Shown here: positions 1-9,875 of the stretch, one piece after another
Numbering within the stretch: position 1 is the stretch's first letter
Layout of the letters: each line of letters opens with the position of its first letter
Source of the DNA: a virus
IMG/VR virus record: IMGVR_UViG_3300023174_007844
Location: 1 to 64,000 of that record
Direction: 5' to 3' (one strand)
Length of the DNA: 64,000 bases
Made by a program: the position numbers and the translations under genes
The notes under the pieces: model-generated
Databases searched by the model: none
The model's input: only the letters and a program-made list of their open reading frames with translations
Told to the model about the DNA's origin: nothing

Positions 1-423
1 AATTAAGTCAATGCCATGATCTTTAAATGCTTTAATTGGAAAGATATGGTCAACTTCGTAAACTTCAGGAATATTTTCGTAACTAAATATATGATTGTAC
101 AAATCATCCCTGGTGTATCCAAGCCTTAATTCATTAGACGACATATTTGAATATTGAGCCTTAACTAATCTTGACATCAATCTATTGTAAACTTGGGATA
201 TTTTTTTATAATCCTTAAGTGTTCTAACTCTAGATCGTTTCTTTAAATTGCATTGGGGACATCTTCTACCTAGTTTAAATTCACGAAATCTGTGAGCATA
301 TTTATTTCCACAAGAGCAAATATATTCTAATTTTTTTTCACTGCTTACATCCCCACTTAATAACGTGCAGTTGTTGTCATTGAAAAACTTTTTAACTTCT
401 ACATAAATCAATTTTCTTGCCAT
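1..423 (-). CDS. HNH homing endonuclease with N-terminal Zn-ribbon (partial, runs off window)
   Basis: Not in the ORF track. Manual translation from ATG 423: MARKLIYVEVKKFF...YICSCGN...RCPQC...LGYTRDDLYNH...YEVDHIFP; the DHIxP motif is typical of HNH proteins. Confidence 0.75.
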   Translation of the reverse strand, partial: MARKLIYVEVKKFFNDNNCTLLSGDVSSEKKLEYICSCGNKYAHRFREFKLGRRCPQCNLKKRSRVRTLKDYKKISQVYNRLMSRLVKAQYSNMSSNELRLGYTRDDLYNHIFSYENIPEVYEVDHIFPIKAFKDHGIDLI

Positions 424-474
424 ATTATAGAAATTATATGTATATATATTTAAAATGTAAACTAACCTAATAAT

Positions 475-506
475 AAAAAAAAGAGGGGATTTCTCCCCTC
501 TTTTTT
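475..506. terminator. Bidirectional intrinsic terminator downstream of nrdA
   Basis: A-tract + GAGGGGA-tttc-TCCCCTC + T-tract. Confidence 0.85.
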
Positions 507-2949
507 ATGCTCCGCAGCTTTCGCAATCTGGATTATCTAATGAACAGACCTTTGCAGAAAATTCATTAGGATCAAAATCCTTCATTTGTTCCACTTCTTT
601 AGGTTTTTCAACTTCTTGAATTGTTGCACTTGAAAGATCAATTCCAAGTCCCTTTAATGCTTGTGCTTTGGGCTTGACACGTAAATAATACATACCTGTC
701 TTCAATCCCAATTTCCAACCATACATATGAGCAGAAGATAGTTTACTTGCAGTAGGTTCAGCCATAAACATATTCAATGATTGTGATTGATCAATAAAGT
801 ATGAACGATCACGGGCCATTTCAAGAATAGACTTACCCTTCATTTCCCAAACTGTCTTGTAAACTTCTTTAATATCAGTAGGAATCTCAGGGATGTTTTG
901 AACTGAACCATTCTCATTGAATAATTTGAGTCTAACACTGTCATTCCAGATACCAAGGTTGACAAGATCTTCTACTAAATGCTTGTTAATAACGGCATAT
1001 TCACCACTCAAAGTATTACGCTTATAGAGATTGGTAGTAAATGGCTCAAAACATTCATTATTTCCAAGAATTTGTGCAGTTGAAGCAGTAGGCATTGGAG
1101 CAACAAGAAGTGAATTTCTCAAACCAAATTGCTTGATTTCTTCTTTGAGCGCTGAAAAATCCCACATACCGGAAAGATCATTTTCAGTAAGTCCCCAGAG
1201 GTCATATTGTAATGAACCTTGAGATGCTGGAGATCCTTCAAAAGACGCATAAGAGCCATATTTCTTTGCCAAATCCTTAGATGCAGTAAGAGCAGCAAAG
1301 TAAATTGTTTCAAAGATATCCTTGTTCAATTTACGTGCCTCTTCTGATTCAAACGGAAGACCCATCATTACAAAAGTATCTGCCAAACCTTGAACGCCTA
1401 AACCAATAGGACGATGCTTAAGGTTGGATGCTTGTGTTTCTGGTGTTGGATAGTAATTTACATCAATAACCTGATTCAAATTCACTGTTGCTTGATAAAC
1501 AACATCGAACAAGAATTTGAAATCATATTTACGTAATTTCTTATCCTTCTCACGAACCTTGCCAGATGGAATGATTACATATTTTGGCAATGCAATAGAA
1601 GCAAGATTACAAACAGCGGTCTCATTCTTATCTGTGTATTCAATAATTTCAGTGCAGAGATTTGAAGACTTGATTGTTCCAAGGTTCTTTTGATTGCTCT
1701 TATAGTTGCAAGCATCTTTGTAAAGCATATAAGGAGTGCCAGTTTCAACTTGTGAATCAAGAATCTTCTCCCATAATTCACGAGCCTTGATAGTCTTTAA
1801 AGCTTTGCCTTCTGCTTCATACTTCTCAAAAAGTTCAGTAAAAGCTTTCTTGTCTGGCGAATCATAAGCATCAATCAATCCTGGAACTTGATCTGGAGAG
1901 AATAATGACCAATTGCCATCAGCTTCAACTCGTTTCATAAACAAGTCAGGAATCCACATAGCCAAGAACAAATCTCTAGCACGTAATTCTTCCTTGCCTT
2001 GATTCTTACGAAGATCAAGAAATTCGAAAATATCTCCGTGCCAAGGCTCAAGGTAAACAGCAATTGAACCCTTGCGCTTTCCACCACCCTGATCAACGTA
2101 TCTAGCAGTTTCATTGAATACTTTGAGCATTGGAATAATTCCATTAGAATATCCATTGGTGCCCTTGATATAACTGCCTTTTGCACGAATCTTGTGGATG
2201 TTGATACCAATTCCGCCAGCAGATTGCGAAATTAAAGCACAATCTGAAAGTGTCTTGTAAATGCCAGGAATACTATCATCATCAATATCTAGTAAGAAAC
2301 AAGATGACAATTGAGGACGATTGGTTGAAGCATTGAAAAGAGTTGGAGTAGCGTGGGTAAAAAGACCTTGAGAAAGCATATCGTAAGTCTTCTGAACCAT
2401 TTCTAAATTATCACGCCAAATTCCCACAGCAACACGCATATAGAGGTGTTGTGGAGTTTCTGCTGGCTCATTGTCAATTTTCAAAAGATAAGATTTGCGC
2501 AATGTCATAAAACCGAAATAATCAAAATTGAAATCTCGATCATGGACAATCATTCCATCTAATTCTTGAGAATACTTTTGGATGACAGCGTAAACTTCAT
2601 CAGAAATCATTCCAGCTTTTTCACCAGTTTTTGGATTGATGTATTCGTAGAGCTTCTTTGCTATTACAGAGAAATCTTTTTCTACATTCTTGTATAGAGC
2701 TGTAATTGCAATACGAGCAGCAAGTTTACCAAAGTCAGGATGAACTGTGACCATTGATGCAGCAGTTTCAGCACTTAATTGATCCAACTCAGTACTAGAA
2801 ACACCATCATAAAGACCAGATACAACCTTGGTACTTACAATGTCTGGGTCTACACGTTCGTTCAAGCCATATGTAAGCTTCTTGATACGTGAGGAAATCT
2901 TTTCTAACTTCAATGGCTCTGTAGTACCATTGCGCTTCACAATATCCAT
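505..2949 (-). CDS. nrdA: Class Ia ribonucleotide reductase alpha subunit
   Basis: N-terminal ATP cone (IVKRNG), TPTLFNA, QLSSCFL, SNLCTEI, VCNLAS, APMPTASTAQI, LKTGMYYLR, C-terminal CESC. Confidence 0.98.
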   Translation of the reverse strand: MDIVKRNGTTEPLKLEKISSRIKKLTYGLNERVDPDIVSTKVVSGLYDGVSSTELDQLSAETAASMVTVHPDFGKLAARIAITALYKNVEKDFSVIAKKLYEYINPKTGEKAGMISDEVYAVIQKYSQELDGMIVHDRDFNFDYFGFMTLRKSYLLKIDNEPAETPQHLYMRVAVGIWRDNLEMVQKTYDMLSQGLFTHATPTLFNASTNRPQLSSCFLLDIDDDSIPGIYKTLSDCALISQSAGGIGINIHKIRAKGSYIKGTNGYSNGIIPMLKVFNETARYVDQGGGKRKGSIAVYLEPWHGDIFEFLDLRKNQGKEELRARDLFLAMWIPDLFMKRVEADGNWSLFSPDQVPGLIDAYDSPDKKAFTELFEKYEAEGKALKTIKARELWEKILDSQVETGTPYMLYKDACNYKSNQKNLGTIKSSNLCTEIIEYTDKNETAVCNLASIALPKYVIIPSGKVREKDKKLRKYDFKFLFDVVYQATVNLNQVIDVNYYPTPETQASNLKHRPIGLGVQGLADTFVMMGLPFESEEARKLNKDIFETIYFAALTASKDLAKKYGSYASFEGSPASQGSLQYDLWGLTENDLSGMWDFSALKEEIKQFGLRNSLLVAPMPTASTAQILGNNECFEPFTTNLYKRNTLSGEYAVINKHLVEDLVNLGIWNDSVRLKLFNENGSVQNIPEIPTDIKEVYKTVWEMKGKSILEMARDRSYFIDQSQSLNMFMAEPTASKLSSAHMYGWKLGLKTGMYYLRVKPKAQALKGLGIDLSSATIQEVEKPKEVEQMKDFDPNEFSAKVCSLDNPDCESCGA

Positions 2950-2951
2950 AA

Positions 2952-3908
2952 CTAAAAGTCCTCATCGAATGAAATTTGTTCTTGAACTTCGCCAACACCA
3001 CTCTTAACATAGTCAGCAACTCTCTTCTCGAAGAAGTTGGTCTTGTTTTGCAAAGCAATATTAGCCATAAAGTCAAAAGGGTTCTCTGTATTATAGACTT
3101 TTCCTACACCTAAATCCATCAATAGGCGGTCAGAAACATACTCTAAATATTGCTTCATTAATTCAGAATTCATACCAATCAAAGAAACAGGCAATGCTTC
3201 AGTGATAAATTCTTTTTCAATAGTTAGAGCAGAGTCAATAATTTCAAGAATACGCTCACGAGAAAGTTTGTTCTCGATGTGGTTCTTGTATAGATGAACT
3301 GCAAAATCTGTATGCAATCCTTCATCACGAGAAATCAATTCGTTAGAGAAAGAAAGACCTGGCATCAAACCACGCTTCTTGAGCCAGAAGATACTGCAGA
3401 AAGAACCAGAGAAGAAAATGCCTTCTACAGCAGCAAACGCAATTAGACGCTCTACAAAAGACTCAGAACCAATCCACTTAAGAGCCCATTCTGCTTTCTT
3501 TTGAACAGCTGGAACTGTATCAATTGCATTGAAAAGATGGTTTTGCTCTTCTTTGTCTTTGATGTAAGTGTCAATGAGAAGGGAGTATGTCTCGGAGTGA
3601 ATATTTTCCATCATAATCTGGAAACCATAGAAGAATTTAGCTTCTGTGTACTGTACTTCAGCAACAAAATTTTCTGCTAAGTTTTCATTTACAATTCCAT
3701 CGGATGCAGCAAAGAATGCCAAAACATGCTTGACAAAATGCTGTTCTCCTTCATTCAATTTTTCCCAGTCAGTAAGGTCCTGAGCTAAGTCAATTTCTTC
3801 AGCAGTCCAGAAAACTTGCTGTGCTTTTTTGTAATAATTCCAAATGTCGTGATGTTCAATTGGGAATAAAACAAAACGATTTTTATTCTCTTGAAGTATT
3901 TTTTCCAT
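2952..3908 (-). CDS. nrdB: Class Ia ribonucleotide reductase beta subunit
   Basis: [52 protein letters not shown]; ATG 3908 preferred over TTG 3920. Confidence 0.98.
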   Translation of the reverse strand: MEKILQENKNRFVLFPIEHHDIWNYYKKAQQVFWTAEEIDLAQDLTDWEKLNEGEQHFVKHVLAFFAASDGIVNENLAENFVAEVQYTEAKFFYGFQIMMENIHSETYSLLIDTYIKDKEEQNHLFNAIDTVPAVQKKAEWALKWIGSESFVERLIAFAAVEGIFFSGSFCSIFWLKKRGLMPGLSFSNELISRDEGLHTDFAVHLYKNHIENKLSRERILEIIDSALTIEKEFITEALPVSLIGMNSELMKQYLEYVSDRLLMDLGVGKVYNTENPFDFMANIALQNKTNFFEKRVADYVKSGVGEVQEQISFDEDF

Positions 3909-3984
3909 ATTTTTTGACAATAAAAAATACCTGAAAGAAATCTATCAGATATTTTTTATCCCTTCCTTTAATTAGTATGAGGTA

Positions 3985-4428
3985 TTAATTGTAATTCTGC
4001 AACTCAAACGGGTCCAAATTCTTAAGCTTTTTGATTAATTCTTCTAGCCTCTTTTTATATAATCTGTTTGCAATAATATAATCTAACAATCTTTCTTGAA
4101 CTAAAGATTTATCTAAATCCTTTTCATCCAATACATCTAAAATTTCATCCACTTTTTTCTCAAAAGCAGTGTCAAGAAGCATTTGTGCTTGCTTGTCATC
4201 TGCTCTAAAACCTGACGGATGAACGTCCAAGGATGACAACACAAAACTTGGATTTAAGTTCCTAGACTCATCAATAAGTTTTGTCCAAGAGTGATATTTA
4301 CTGACTATATTATTCTCTTCTGGTTTAGAAAATTCCTCAACAGAAATGTTAATAATTCCGTTATTTTTCTTAGCAAAATAATCCGATAAAAATTGTCTTT
4401 TTTGATCAAGCCAGCTAGTTTTTCTCAT
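3985..4428 (-). CDS. Hypothetical protein
   Basis: 147-aa ORF packed in the operon; no motif recognised. Confidence 0.7.
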   Translation of the reverse strand: MRKTSWLDQKRQFLSDYFAKKNNGIINISVEEFSKPEENNIVSKYHSWTKLIDESRNLNPSFVLSSLDVHPSGFRADDKQAQMLLDTAFEKKVDEILDVLDEKDLDKSLVQERLLDYIIANRLYKKRLEELIKKLKNLDPFELQNYN

Positions 4429-4431
4429 CTC

Positions 4432-4818
4432 TTACAATGCAAACTTAATATCAATAGCAAAAATGCGTGTTGAAATTCCCTTTGTTTTCTTGCCAGCCAC
4501 TTCAGCATTGTATTCTGATTGACGACAAACTAAAACTGATCCATTAGTTAAGCTTTCAACTTCTCTGGATGCTAGTCTAAAAGCAGTCATTGTAGAATTC
4601 AATGCAGTGGGGCCAACTGATAAAATTCTAACATATTCATGGTCTTTTAGCACATGTAAAATACTACGACTTAAGCCAACAGGATCGGTGGGTCTTTTTG
4701 TAGGATCTTCCGCATTTGGATCTCCTCCTCTAGCTTTCAATATCCTTGGGTCATTTGAATTATTCTTTGACTTATCATTTGTGGCAATAGTGCTCACAGG
4801 TTCTTCAATTTTATCCAT
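4432..4818 (-). CDS. SpoVS-like (Alba-fold) protein
   Basis: ILK...TDPVGLSRSILHVLKDHEYVRILSVGPTALNSTMTAFRLA...LVC...GKKTKGI parallels the SpoVS pattern LKV...PxxVAGALAxVL...xQAIGAGALNQAVKAVAIA...LIC. Confidence 0.7.
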   Translation of the reverse strand: MDKIEEPVSTIATNDKSKNNSNDPRILKARGGDPNAEDPTKRPTDPVGLSRSILHVLKDHEYVRILSVGPTALNSTMTAFRLASREVESLTNGSVLVCRQSEYNAEVAGKKTKGISTRIFAIDIKFAL

Positions 4819-4820
4819 TT

Positions 4821-5795
4821 TTAGTTTTCCTCAATTCCAATAAGAGACATTTTCGTCTTAATATTTTCTACAGCTTTATTAAACTCTGAAGCAGTGCAAC
4901 CATATAGTTTTGAATCGTATTTTAGCTTTGAAGAGCCATTCAAGATTGTTGCAATAATTTTATTTTCAACTTCATCTAAATCTAAATTCATTAGATTATT
5001 AATTTTGTTGTCATCTTTTATACTATCATAATAACAAACATCTTCATTGTCATCTTCTTCAGACATGTAAACACTTAAAGCTCTAGGTGAAACAGTTTGA
5101 TAATCAGGATATAGCTCATTGAATTTTTGAAAAAGCATAGATGAATGCTTAGACAAAATATGCTTCTTTATGATTGCTGTACGCTTCTTGACTATACAAG
5201 TTTCGCACCCACCATCTTTTTTAGTTTCACAATTTTCATCACATTCATAACTTCTTGGCATTTTATGAGACTTGCAGAAATTACATCTTTCAAGTTCTTC
5301 TAAAATTACACCAGTGTTTAAGAGATGATCCCAAAGAATATGATGATGATGAACTAGGATGTGAGTGGAAAGAGGATTTACCCATTTTTCACATATAGGG
5401 CATTTCTGGGATGGATTTCTTTTACCAGCATTGTCAGCCTTAACTAAATTGATATAGTTGTGTTGCAATGCACCGATAAAATAGTTTTTGAATTCCCCGC
5501 TTCCTCCATAACGAGACACTTTTCTCGTATTTCGGGGTTTCCAATTTGATAAAACATTGCAAAAAATCTTTATATAATCTGATGCAAAATCTTCTTGTGA
5601 ATCATACAAATAATGGTATTGATTCCACCATTCTTGCATGTGTAAATAAGGCGGATATAACTTACATACTTCTTTGTAGTCACGATCTATCCGCCATTTA
5701 TTGCCCGACAGTAAAGCTTCTTGATATTTTAGGATGGCCTTCTCTAAATTTTCTTGAGTCCTTATCTTTGCTTGTTTTGTAATATCCTCGTTCAC
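4821..5795 (-). CDS. Divergent sigma70-family sigma factor with Zn-finger insertion
   Basis: Region-2-like QEDFASDYIKIFCNVLSNWKP...GEFKNYFIGALQHNYINLVK; Cys/His-rich middle; region-3.2-like LSVYMSEEDDNEDVCYYDSIKD; region-4-like LDEVENKII...GSS...LYGCTASEFNKAVENIKTKM. Confidence 0.6.
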   Translation of the reverse strand: MNEDITKQAKIRTQENLEKAILKYQEALLSGNKWRIDRDYKEVCKLYPPYLHMQEWWNQYHYLYDSQEDFASDYIKIFCNVLSNWKPRNTRKVSRYGGSGEFKNYFIGALQHNYINLVKADNAGKRNPSQKCPICEKWVNPLSTHILVHHHHILWDHLLNTGVILEELERCNFCKSHKMPRSYECDENCETKKDGGCETCIVKKRTAIIKKHILSKHSSMLFQKFNELYPDYQTVSPRALSVYMSEEDDNEDVCYYDSIKDDNKINNLMNLDLDEVENKIIATILNGSSKLKYDSKLYGCTASEFNKAVENIKTKMSLIGIEEN

Positions 5796-5849
5796 TTAAG
5801 ATTCCCTCGTTGATATTACAATTATAACTACTGTTTTTAAAATTAGAAA

Positions 5850-7643
5850 TCACCCAGAATGTTTTATATCTTCAAGAATCATTACTAAATTATTATTTCC
5901 TGACCAATTGTCTAACTCTACAGTGTAAACAACATCAACTTTATCGCCAGGTTGGAATTCATTGCAAATATAGCCTCGTCTCCAAGCATTAGCAGGAACC
6001 CAAGTTTTTTCACCATTTGACAATTTTAATTTAGCGTGTTTGCCTTGGGTTAGTGGCTTAGCTTCAACAAGAGTCATATTCTTGGTGATGAAAATTGGAT
6101 TATGATTGCCACTACCAAAAGGAGATATTTTTGAAAGATGAGCATATGTCTTGATATTCAAATCACCAAAAGGCATACGAGCATCAATGTCAATAATTTT
6201 CTCAGAAGATGGTTCTCCCAATTTATCTTGAGCATAATTATTTAATGCTTCTCTCATTGCTGGAATATTGTCTATAGCAAGTTCAAAACCAGCAGCAAAA
6301 GCATGACCCCCACAAACAGTAGAACCATCTGCTCTTTTCTTGAATAACTTCCAAGCTTCTTCTGACTTGAGAGCATCCAAAATATTAAAATCACGAGTGG
6401 AACGACAAGAACCTTTAGCATATCCATCTTTCTTGAACGAACAAACCAATGAAGGCTTGTTGTACATTTCAGCAATTTTTCCAGCAATCAAACCTATCAA
6501 TCCAGGGTGCCAATCTTCAGCACCAATTATTAATATATGTTCTTTTTCTAAATCAAAATTTTTCTCGACATAATCTATAGCCTGTTGAGTGGCTTTTTCT
6601 TGCTGCTCTTGTCTTTTAGTGTTTGCATTGTTCATCTGTTTGGCAAGATTAGCTGCTGTAATTTCATCTTTAGACAGCAGCAGTGACAAAGCAGTACCAG
6701 CATCAGCAAGTCTACCAATAGCATTAATTCTTGGACCAATTTGAAATCCAATAGTTGTAGGAGTTACATCTTTCACACCAGCAATACGAAGAAGTTCTTT
6801 AATGCCAGGTTTATTACTACTAGAAAGAATTGAACATCCATAATTGACAATCACTCTGTTTTCGTCAATCATTGGAGCAACGTCAGCTACAGTTCCTAAT
6901 GCTGCAAATTCAATCAATTCATCTACAAAATCAAAAACATTTAGTTTACGATATCGAGCCAATCCAAGCATTAATTTAAATGCAATTCCACAGCCAGCCA
7001 AATAGTCAAATGGATAGCGTTGGAAATCATCTGTCTTATGAGATTTAAAATGCTCACCTGGATAAAAAGGATCATCTCTATTTGGGTTTACTACTGCCAT
7101 AGCTTCTGGTAATGATCCATCTTCACTAGGATGATGATGGTCAGTGATAATCAAATCAAGATTTTTCTCTTTTGCATAAGCTCCAGTTTCAAATGCAACA
7201 ATTCCACAGTCAACACTCATAAGAAGAGTTGCACCAGAAGCTAAAGCCTGATCTACAGAATGAATCTTGATATCGTATCCATCTTCCATTCTGTGAGGGA
7301 CTTTGTATTCTATATTGGCTCCCATTTTTTCTAGAGCAGTGACAACAATAGCTGTAGATGTAATACCGTCAACATCATAGTCACCCCATACAAAGATTTT
7401 CTCACCTGTATCTATTGCTTTGCTTATTCTTTTGATAGCAATTTCTGCATCAGGAAGAGTCATTGGATTGTGAAGTTTATTGATCTTAAGGTCAAGAAAT
7501 TGTTCAGCTTTATCCACTGAATCAATTCCACGAGTAAGCATAACTTGGGCTACAGGAATAGGTATTTCAAGTTCATATGCAAGTTCTTTGACATCTTGCA
7601 TACTACAATCTCTCATTTTCCAAACAGTTTCAATTCTATCCAT
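5850..7643 (-). CDS. recJ: ssDNA 5'-3' exonuclease RecJ
   Basis: GDYDVDGITS, VDCG, TDHH, GTVADV, PRINAIGRL, GSCRS, GGHAFAAG, PFGSGN. Confidence 0.97.
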   Translation of the reverse strand: MDRIETVWKMRDCSMQDVKELAYELEIPIPVAQVMLTRGIDSVDKAEQFLDLKINKLHNPMTLPDAEIAIKRISKAIDTGEKIFVWGDYDVDGITSTAIVVTALEKMGANIEYKVPHRMEDGYDIKIHSVDQALASGATLLMSVDCGIVAFETGAYAKEKNLDLIITDHHHPSEDGSLPEAMAVVNPNRDDPFYPGEHFKSHKTDDFQRYPFDYLAGCGIAFKLMLGLARYRKLNVFDFVDELIEFAALGTVADVAPMIDENRVIVNYGCSILSSSNKPGIKELLRIAGVKDVTPTTIGFQIGPRINAIGRLADAGTALSLLLSKDEITAANLAKQMNNANTKRQEQQEKATQQAIDYVEKNFDLEKEHILIIGAEDWHPGLIGLIAGKIAEMYNKPSLVCSFKKDGYAKGSCRSTRDFNILDALKSEEAWKLFKKRADGSTVCGGHAFAAGFELAIDNIPAMREALNNYAQDKLGEPSSEKIIDIDARMPFGDLNIKTYAHLSKISPFGSGNHNPIFITKNMTLVEAKPLTQGKHAKLKLSNGEKTWVPANAWRRGYICNEFQPGDKVDVVYTVELDNWSGNNNLVMILEDIKHSG

Positions 7644-8403
7644 TTTCAGCCCTTATATTTAATGTTTTCTTACCAGAATCAATCATCTTCAAAATAGTTT
7701 CATCAAGAAGAGATATATCATATTTCTGGACAAAATCATCAGGATCCATACCTGGTGGAAGAAATATTCTTATAGCCTTCAATCCCAATTCTTCTATCTT
7801 ATTCACAACTTTTTCTGATGCAATTTTACCAGCATCGTCACCATCCATAAGAACAACTAGATTATCACAGTATCTGGAGGCGAGAGCAATTTGATGATCA
7901 GATATCGCAGTGCCACAAAGAGCCACTACATTTTCTAATCCATTATCATAAAATGAATAAACGTCAAAATATCCCTCTGTCAATATAAGGTAATTCTTTT
8001 GACGTGCCATTGTTTTTGCGATATCAAGAAAGAATAAATTTCTATTCTTTTGATATGGCTCGTTTATCCATTTGCCTTTGTTCCATTTATTGATTTTGTC
8101 AGCACACTTAGCAGGTTCATGCCCATAAAGATCCCAAAATGCTTGTACTGTTTGTTCTTTAAGATCTGGAATTTGTCTACCAGCTAGAGCAATAAAATTA
8201 CCATGAACATCTTTAATTGGAACAATTAATCTGCCTTTTAATAATGGAAATTCATATCTAGAATATGAAGGGCAGAAAGCAATAAGATTATTTTTGACGA
8301 TTTTGTCAGATAAATTTCTAGTTTCAAAATATTCTTGAACAGTTTTATTCTCTTCAAAGTTGCGGAGAAATTGATTATAGTTCAATTCAAAGCTGTTCAT
8401 CAT
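7636..8403 (-). CDS. dnaG: DnaG primase catalytic/TOPRIM module lacking the Zn-binding domain
   Basis: GRLIVPIKD...GR, LTEGYFDV, VALCGTA, MDGDDAG, DPDD; no N-terminal CHC2 finger. Confidence 0.9.
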   Translation of the reverse strand: MMNSFELNYNQFLRNFEENKTVQEYFETRNLSDKIVKNNLIAFCPSYSRYEFPLLKGRLIVPIKDVHGNFIALAGRQIPDLKEQTVQAFWDLYGHEPAKCADKINKWNKGKWINEPYQKNRNLFFLDIAKTMARQKNYLILTEGYFDVYSFYDNGLENVVALCGTAISDHQIALASRYCDNLVVLMDGDDAGKIASEKVVNKIEELGLKAIRIFLPPGMDPDDFVQKYDISLLDETILKMIDSGKKTLNIRAENG

Positions 8404-8419
8404 TTAAATTGTATCATTA

Positions 8420-8447
8420 AAGGTAGAAAAATCAACTCTTTGGAAAG
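8420..8447 (+). promoter_or_regulatory. Putative phage late promoter (AAGG-N18-GGAAAG)
   Basis: Member of the fixed-spacing motif family found upstream of leader-bearing genes. Confidence 0.45.
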
Positions 8448-8478
8448 TAATAGTATCATTTTAGTTTAGGTCGTAAAA

Positions 8479-9150
8479 ATGAATAAATTTCAAAAATTAG
8501 CTCAATTAAATAGAGACATTGAATTATTGGAAAAAGCTGGCAAAATTAAAGCAGCAAATATTCTACATGAAAAGTTTGTCAAGGAATCTCAATTGGCAAT
8601 TTCAACTCCTGTGCAAACAACAGTGCCTGTAGCTTACAGTGCGATGGCTTACAGACCAATGCCGGTTGCTCAGCCAGCAGTAAGAATGCCAAATGCACCA
8701 GTGGTAACTGCACCAGCTGCACCAGTGGCAGTTATGCCAACTCCTGGAGCTGCAGCTCTTCAGCAACAAGTAGTGCCTAATTCAGTCCCTGCGCCTTCAC
8801 CTGGTGCCACAACTCCTCCAATTAAATATGAAGCTCCACCAGTTGCTAAGCCCCAACCACAAGTTACACCCCCACCCACACCCACTCCAACAGAAGGTGG
8901 TAATTACAATATGATACCTGGGCCTGGAAAAACTACAATTTTTACAGATCCATCAACTGGAAATAATGTAGATCCCCCTGGCAGCGAAGATTTGTTTAAT
9001 ACTTTTTACGAACAATTGCAAGATGCTAACAAATATCCAGAACCTCAAAGAAGTCAATATTTAAAGTTCTTATATGGCAAAATTAATAAATTTAAATCCA
9101 AGTTAGGCAATAGATTGCATAGCAGTTTATTTGATGTGTATTTAGGATAA
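8479..9150 (+). CDS. Leader-bearing Pro/Ala-rich protein (putative virion cargo)
   Basis: N-terminal LEKAGKIKAANIL...KESQ leader followed by a low-complexity P/A/Q/T region. Confidence 0.75.
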   Translation: MNKFQKLAQLNRDIELLEKAGKIKAANILHEKFVKESQLAISTPVQTTVPVAYSAMAYRPMPVAQPAVRMPNAPVVTAPAAPVAVMPTPGAAALQQQVVPNSVPAPSPGATTPPIKYEAPPVAKPQPQVTPPPTPTPTEGGNYNMIPGPGKTTIFTDPSTGNNVDPPGSEDLFNTFYEQLQDANKYPEPQRSQYLKFLYGKINKFKSKLGNRLHSSLFDVYLG

Positions 9151-9845
9151 TGAGTATTTTTCAAAAGTTATCACAAATTAATAAAGACATTGAATTATTA
9201 GAAGCCTTTGGTGATATTAAGTCAGCAAATATTCTTCATAATAAATTCTTAAAAGTCTCTCAAGAGCTTATTTCTGAACAAGTAAAATCTCGTAAAGATT
9301 TGATGAAAGAAATATTTTTATTAGCCCAAAATCCAAATAATGATTTTGAAAAATTAGTTAGATGGTATGAAAACGATCCAGGTCGATATTCTGAAGAAGA
9401 CAGAGAATATATTGACAGAGCTATAGAAAAAGCTTCTGAACAAAGAAATATGGGCAAATTTACAACTGTCATAAATCCAGATAATCCAACTTTGCGTGAT
9501 GATTCGGATAGTAGAGATAATGGCGATAGCAACAGAAATGATGAAAGAATTGTAAAGGTTGATACAAATAAACCATCAAAATCAAAAAAGCCTATTCTTG
9601 ATAAAAGAGAGCAAGGTTATGTATACAGAAGAATTGTTGGTCAAATCAAAGATTTACTTAGAATTGTAAAAAGAAAACACGATAAAGGATATCCTGAAAT
9701 TGCTTATATTTTCAAAGAAAAAGCTGATAAGTTAGCAAATGATTATAGTGATTTTTTTGACGATCCAAAAAGTCAACATAATTTCATAACACAAGTAAAT
9801 AGAATCTATAATGACTTTTCTGAAACAAGTCCTTTGTCTCATTAA
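9150..9845 (+). CDS. Leader-bearing protein (putative virion cargo)
   Basis: First ~38 aa nearly identical to the 8479 ORF (FQKLxQxNxDIELLExxGxIKxANILHxKFxKxSQ); remainder unrelated; TAATG coupling. Confidence 0.75.
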   Translation: MSIFQKLSQINKDIELLEAFGDIKSANILHNKFLKVSQELISEQVKSRKDLMKEIFLLAQNPNNDFEKLVRWYENDPGRYSEEDREYIDRAIEKASEQRNMGKFTTVINPDNPTLRDDSDSRDNGDSNRNDERIVKVDTNKPSKSKKPILDKREQGYVYRRIVGQIKDLLRIVKRKHDKGYPEIAYIFKEKADKLANDYSDFFDDPKSQHNFITQVNRIYNDFSETSPLSH

Positions 9846-9873
9846 AAAAATCCCCTCGAAAGAGGGGATTTTT
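9845..9873. terminator. Bidirectional terminator between convergent genes
   Basis: AAAAAAATCCCCTC-gaaa-GAGGGGATTTTT. Confidence 0.9.
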
Positions 9874-9875
9874 AT

